A stretch of DNA of 64,000 bases from Eledone cirrhosa (Eukaryota), in assembly GCA_964016885.1 (NCBI GenBank), contig OZ024741.1:367226001-367290000 (forward strand). Direction: 5' to 3'. The notes beneath the pieces were generated by a model. That model saw nothing but the letters and a program-made list of their open reading frames with translations, was not told where the DNA came from and ran no database searches. The first letter of the stretch is position 1. Each line of letters starts with the position of its first letter. Positions 58,267 through 64,000 of the stretch are shown in pieces. Position numbers and translations under genes: made by a program.

Positions 58267-58538
58267 CAGGGGTGTGTAGCATATTCCATTGGCGGACCAC
58301 TTTTGAACATTGGAACAACTATTAGGGCCATGAATAATTATTAAGCACTATTCCAAAGATTCACCACAGCGTCTTTTCCCTTTAGTATAGGTCAACGAAC
58401 AGAAAATTGTATTACGGTTACGAAAAAAAATTATAAATAAGCCTACAAGGTAAAAATTAAAAAACGGTCATCCCGAGCCACTCTGACTGGTCTGGCGGGC
58501 TGGATTCTGGCCCGCGGGTCACCTGTTGCACGCCCCTG
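58267..58538. mobile_element. hAT-type MITE with perfect 8-bp TSD
   Basis: TTCTAGCA|caggggtgtg ... cacgcccctg|TTCTAGCA. Confidence 0.88.
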
Positions 58539-58696
58539 TTCTAGCATTTCGCTACCTCTTGTATTTTCGATCACTGCTCCCGCATCGATCTGGGCGAGGA
58601 ACCAATGTAGCATAATCTCGACACATTTAACTTTGCCTTTCATCCTTACGAGGTCGATAAAGTTAAGCACCAGTAATGCACTGGGGTAATTGCTAG

Positions 58697-58983
58697 TGTA
58701 GCGGTTGGCTCCCTTGTTTTGATTAGGATCTAGACGGGAAGTAGAACCCTTTCTGCAACTTCCGGTCAGAACCCTATAAAACTAACAACTTTAAGCTCTC
58801 ATTCTCTCATTGCCTTTTCGGCACCAGGTCAAGAGCCTCTCATTTGGCTCTGCCATTCATTTGGCCAACAGGCGCCTGGCCATAGCCAGGCGTCCTCTGC
58901 CAGCCGCGTTTGCCTGGCAATTATATTGGTAACCCTGACGTGATACGAACACGCAGCCGTTCATCGCTATAAGTGGTCACCCC
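58697..58983 (+). mobile_element. LTR-retrotransposon LTR with tRNA-Trp primer-binding site
   Basis: Termini tgtagcg ... cgctata (TG...CA with one transition), internal tataaaa, followed by tggtcacccc (PBS-Trp-like). The segment 58860-58921 recurs at 59052-59112. Confidence 0.6.
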
Positions 58984-59568
58984 AAAAAAAGAAAAAAATA
59001 GCACATCTGGTTTCGTGTGAGTAACATTACGCGTACACAGTAAATTTATCGTTTGGCCAACAGGCGCCTGGCCTTAGCCAGGCGTCCTCTGCCAGCCGCG
59101 TTTGCCTGGCAATCAAAACGGTAACTACTAACTTTGCTTCATTCTATCAACCTCATATTTGACATGTCAACTATACTATCTACCATTGTTAATTAAATAT
59201 TATACAAACAAACAATGTATTCCTTGTTACATTCATACAACCCAGTACTCTCGCTATACTAGCATTATGCCCAAAATAAAAAAACAATTATCATATTTAC
59301 ACATAACATACTACAACTATACGTGCAACTTTTTCCGTTGTTTATTGCTGCACATGACTTCAAAGTAAATCATGATGTAAATAAAAACATTAAAATTAGC
59401 AGTGTCTTGTTCATTTGTTAATTCTTATCCATGAGATATGGGAAAATCATCTTCCCCACAACAACCGAGTACAATTACTTGTTTCCTTGAACATGGCAAA
59501 ACTTCTCTCGACTCTTAACCGTCGTAAATATATATACTATTTTACTCTTTTAATTGTTTCAGCCATCC

Positions 59569-59723
<155 letters not shown>

Positions 59724-61276
59724 TAGTTCCACAACAGTTTGTTCACCATTACCAAACTCGTCCCATGGAATGAGTGTTCTACTACTACGGATATAGCCCA
59801 CCAGTATTCTACTATAATATATATATATATACCAGAGTGTTGTTTATCTTAGTTGTTACGTAGTAATTTCCTGCTGATAAGCAGATCCTAGCCGACCAAA
59901 ACACTACACATCAGTAGTTTATCCCAGGTAGGTGATATTGAGTGACGGAGTATTCATTTATCAAATAATTGTTTCTACTTTTGGCACAAGGCCAGAAAAT
60001 AAGCAGTACATTACAGGTACTTTATTTTATCGACCCCGTAAGGATGAAAGGCAAAGTTAGCCTCGGCGGGATTTGAACTCAGAATGGCAAGGGCCGTAAC
60101 TCTATGCGTCAAAGCATGGCGTCCGACCTCTACCGATACTGCCTATCAAATAATGGTAGTTAAGACGGCGTTAATTCACGATAATTGTTTATTCGATTAT
60201 ATATATTTCTGTTACATGGTTATTCATGTGACTTCGTCGGATGCTTACGCAATCATTGGTGAAGTTATGTAATCATTGTGATATGCCGGTGGCCATGCAC
60301 ATCCAACATATACCGAACTACTGCCGAACTATGATTTCCTTCGAATTAAACAGTTCTAGTCCTGTAGAAGCCATATATATATATATACAAGAAACTAAAG
60401 CAGAAATACCACTAAGAAATTTAGAAATCACGGAAATGGGGCAGCAACCAGAAAGAAAGCAAGTATCTGGGGTCTAACACATCTGCTATAAAAAGCGGAA
60501 TCGGCCAATTCTATCTTAAAATTAGGGGGTAGGGGTACTGAGGCTACAGAGGACCAATGGGCTGCATCGGGATGGGCGAAAAGGTGAAAAAAAAAAGACG
60601 ACATGGAAGGAGATCTGGGGTGGAAGGACTAGGAAGAGATGGGGGAAGAAGGAAATATAGAGGAAACGATAAAAAATATTAAAAAGTTACGTCTGCCTTT
60701 GTAAGCAGGGGTTACCCTTTACAAAGTCGGCAAGTGGGTGTTTCAGCCCTTGTCTACCCCCCCCCCCCCCGGTTGCTGCCCCATTTCCGTGATTTCTACT
60801 AACTATAACAGTAGTGTTAGAACCCCTGTAATGATGGCTTCATAAAATTCTTTCACTACAATCTCGTATCTCGTATTCCTCTCTACCTATTAAACTTTTC
60901 TATAGCTTAGCAATACCAATTTGATGATTGTGGAAGGGGAGTAGTAACCAGAAATTGTTTTTTATATTTTTTATATATTTCCTCATTTTTATAATGGCTT
61001 TTTTGTTTACTCCCTTTCGATTTACCTATTTTTTCAACCCCCCTCCACTTCTCTAGTACACTTTTTCGACCTTCTATACACTATCCTTAGAATCTGCAGT
61101 ATAGATTTCACTTTCAACGCTTGACTGGGTTTCCTCCACTCCCTCTCCCTCTTTCTTCTACCGGCAAGCTCAGCTACCCCTACCTTCCACAAAATGCCAT
61201 GAGAGAATCATATGTCTTAACAACAAACTTTTGACCAATCCTTGTGACAATCACTTTTTTACTATATATGGAATTA

Positions 61277-61370
61277 CCCCCTGAGAAGTTCAGCTATTTA
61301 TTTACCAGGTTAAAAATTCTTATTTAGTCCAGAATTAGCCGTCCAAACGGCTTGAGCTCTGCCGTCGGGG
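61277..61370 (+). ncRNA. Decayed long-stem-II hammerhead of a PLE-type terminal repeat family
   Basis: cccc CTGAGAA g...tagccgtc CAAA cggc-ttgagctct-gccg TC gggg. Sister copies at 27430-27580 and 55897-55950 keep GAAA and the GUC site. Confidence 0.5.
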
Positions 61371-61478
61371 TCATACTTGTTCCTATTACCCACTCTACTA
61401 CCCTAAGTATTGAGTACTTTGGTGCGTTCTGGTCCATCTGGTTCCTTACCACCACATTTCCTTCGTTATATATATATA

Positions 61479-62909
61479 GGAAGGTGGATTGGGTGGACCA
61501 AAGCTATACGGACCCCCCAAAACACTGATCAGGTAAGAAAAATGGTCGCACATGCAATAGGGGCTAGTATCAAAACTACCCTAAAGGGCCACGTATTTAA
61601 GTTCAATGAGAAAATCTACACCCAAAATGAGGGAGCAGCCATCGGCGTCAGCATAGCTGGCGATGTTGCCAACCTTTTCATGGTATGGTGGGAAAGGAGA
61701 CTTAAAGATCTCCTTAATGAAAGCTCCATAGACCTCATCATGTACTCTCGTTATGTAGACGATATCAATATAGTTATAAGAACACCCCCACTAGAGAGCA
61801 CTAACAAGTTTGATTTAGAACGTAGCACGATGGAAAGCATCCAGCAGATAGCTAATTCCATACACCAGAGTATAACTGTAACTATAGACTTCCCTTCCAA
61901 ACACCCTAACAATAGACTACCTGTATTAGACACAGAACTCTGGATTAACACTATAGACGAGAGAGCCCAAATTCTCCACTCACACTATGCTAAACCCATG
62001 GCCTCCAAATACCTGATACTCAAAAACTCAGCAATGTCCAGTAGTGCTAAGTTTAATATTCTGATCGCAGATTTGGTACGAGTGATGAAGAATGTGTCCA
62101 GCATGTGCGACCCAACAGAAATGGAAGGACACATCCAACACTTCATCAACCGCATGCAGTTCTCTGGCTACAACCAAAGAGACAGAGTCAGAGTATACGA
62201 AGGAGCCATGGAAAAGTATAAGACCCTCATAGAACTGGACATGAAAGGAATTTGCCCACTATACAGGAGCAAATCATGGAATAGCTTAGATAGGGCTAGA
62301 CATAAGATAGGGAAGGCCACATCATGGTACGACAACCAGAGATATCAGAGTGTCATGTTTGTGGACGCCACCCCTGGAGGGAAATTAGCTAACCAGTGTA
62401 GAAAGGCCCTGAGAAAGACCCACTTAAAAATAAAGGTGGTAGAAAAGCCAGGAACCACCATAAAATCCCTGATCAGCAAAACCTACCCTTTTAAGAAAAC
62501 CCACTGTACCAATAGGAAATGTATCATATGTAAGGTGAACCCCCGGATAAACTGTAAAACTAGAAACGTAGTCTATAGCATAAGATGTACAGAGGGTACT
62601 TGCAGAAACACGACAACAACATACATAGGTGAGACAGCTCGTAGCATAGGTGAAAGGATAGACCAACACTGGGGGGAACTAAAAGGACGAAAAAACGGGT
62701 CAGTACTATACGAACATGCTAGACAACATCATGACGGTAACATAGACAACATAGAAATTAGAATAATATCTAAACATAGGAATGACCCAGCAGATAGGCA
62801 AATCAGAGAGGCCAGTGAAATAGAAATTAGAAGACCAAAGCTAAACAGAAAGAATGAGTGGAACAACAACAACACCCAAACAAACAACACTGACCTAAGA
62901 GAAGTATAA
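61479..62909 (+). mobile_element. Penelope-like element ORF (RT + GIY-YIG endonuclease), Naiad-like, 5'-truncated at (TA)n, uninterrupted to its stop
   Basis: YTQNEGAAIGVSIAGDVANLFMVWW, YSRYVDD, LPVLD, HYAKPMAS, MQFSGY, VMFVDATPGGKLA, CTNRKCIIC...C..RNVVYSIRC....C, YIGETARS..ER..QH, H....H, RQIREA, LNRKNEW. Confidence 0.95.
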
Positions 62910-63184
62910 ATAAATAAGTAAATTAAATAAAATAAAATAAGATAAATAAATACATACACAAGCACATAAACACACACTAGTCACCCAGCAGGCACAACAC
63001 TATACACACTAGTCACACATCACACATAACACTATACACACACGCAAACGCATGCGCAAAGAAGACAAAATAAAATAAGATAAACAAACAAGCAAATAAA
63101 TAAATAAATAAATATATAGACAGACTGAACAAAAAAATGGCGTAGACATACAACACAACAGGAGGAACAATGAATATAACACCA

Positions 63185-63212
63185 CTGACGATGTTGCAGA
63201 TGTGCAACGAAA
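63185..63212 (+). ncRNA. Hammerhead core in the 3' terminal region of the Naiad-like PLE
   Basis: CTGACGA t-gttgca-gatg-tgcaac GAAA; perfect 6-bp stem II, stems I and III degenerate. Confidence 0.7.
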
Positions 63213-64000
63213 GATTTATGTAAACTATATATATATGTGTTTGTCTATATTGTATCTGTATTATTTTTGACCGCCGGTCAGTCAATGGCAACATTGAGGA
63301 CCGAGTAAGTTAGATCGCAGATATATATATATAAAAGACAGCGAGAAGCGAAAACCAACCAAACAGTGAGTGTGTTCTGTTATTAATTCTGGCAATATTA
63401 CGCAAATATGACCCTCCCCAAATATAACAATATATATATATATATATATATTAGAAAGTGAGGTTTTTTTTTTTACAAAATGAAAAATAACCGAGGTGTC
63501 CTACACGAGTGGAAGTATAAAGAAAAAGGGATGAAATCGAAAATGCAACTGAAGTCTTATTTTTTTAAAAAATATATATATTTATTTGGTTCCTTTACCG
63601 GTTTCGCAGTTCTTCTGCTTTTCAAAAGGTGAGTTGAGATGGAGGGTCTGTGGTTTTTCTCACATCTGGTTGGTCTCTAAATGTTACTTGTTTTATATGG
63701 AAAAAGTGGCTCGAAAACCAGGTTTTTCGAGAAGTAATTTGATTGGTTTGTCAATAATTATAATAAATTTCGCGCCAGTTCGCGTTACAATAGTTCTTCA
63801 AATAAGAGAGGGGGGGTTGTCACAGGTTGTTTTTTCATATATGAGTGTTTGAATTTCTTTTTACTTGAAAAAATGAGGCTCACGAAGGCTTTTTTTTGGT
63901 TGGTTATAAATGAAATTTGGCTGTCACGTGAACAAGTTTTCATTACATTTTTGCGCCCTTATTTGGAAAACTATTCTGTAGTCTTTATAGTGAATGTTAT

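Noticed and set aside
61410-61478. N-terminal extension of the PLE ORF (MSTLVRSG...YIYI), and likewise 10946-11116 for the RTE ORF
   Set aside because: Comes from unrelated flanking repeat plus (TA)n; both elements are 5'-truncated.

Overview
Eukaryotic, AT-rich, repeat-dense genomic DNA. The repeat repertoire (RTE LINEs with (GAT)n tails, tRNA-derived SINEs, huge (TA)n/(CA)n tracts) looks like an octopus or other cephalopod genome; that is an inference. Almost all ORFs in the supplied track are microsatellite artefacts. The only host-gene signal is a 78-nt first coding exon on the minus strand (50413-50490, MADIGSRRSVTLTADQREEIQEVFDA|GTAAGT) of an EF-hand-type protein, so much of 1-50412 is probably intronic. 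Real coding remnants are retroelements: RTE-clade LINEs with a PHD-finger insert in ORF2 (8.8-10.9, 19.1-19.9 and 38.3-39.3 kb), two distinct Penelope-like elements (PLEs; a decayed Neptune-like copy at 52.9-55.2 kb and an open Naiad-like ORF at 61.5-62.9 kb), and a CRE-like C-terminal fragment. There are also a Helitron, hAT/piggyBac/Tc1-type MITEs, an LTR fragment and many mini- and microsatellites. The most striking pattern is a series of sequence-unrelated 150-400 bp fold-back cassettes at (TA)n tracts. Three carry a minimal type I hammerhead ribozyme on both arms, and further decayed hammerhead cores from several other families are scattered through the window. All coordinates were read by eye and are approximate at repeat edges.
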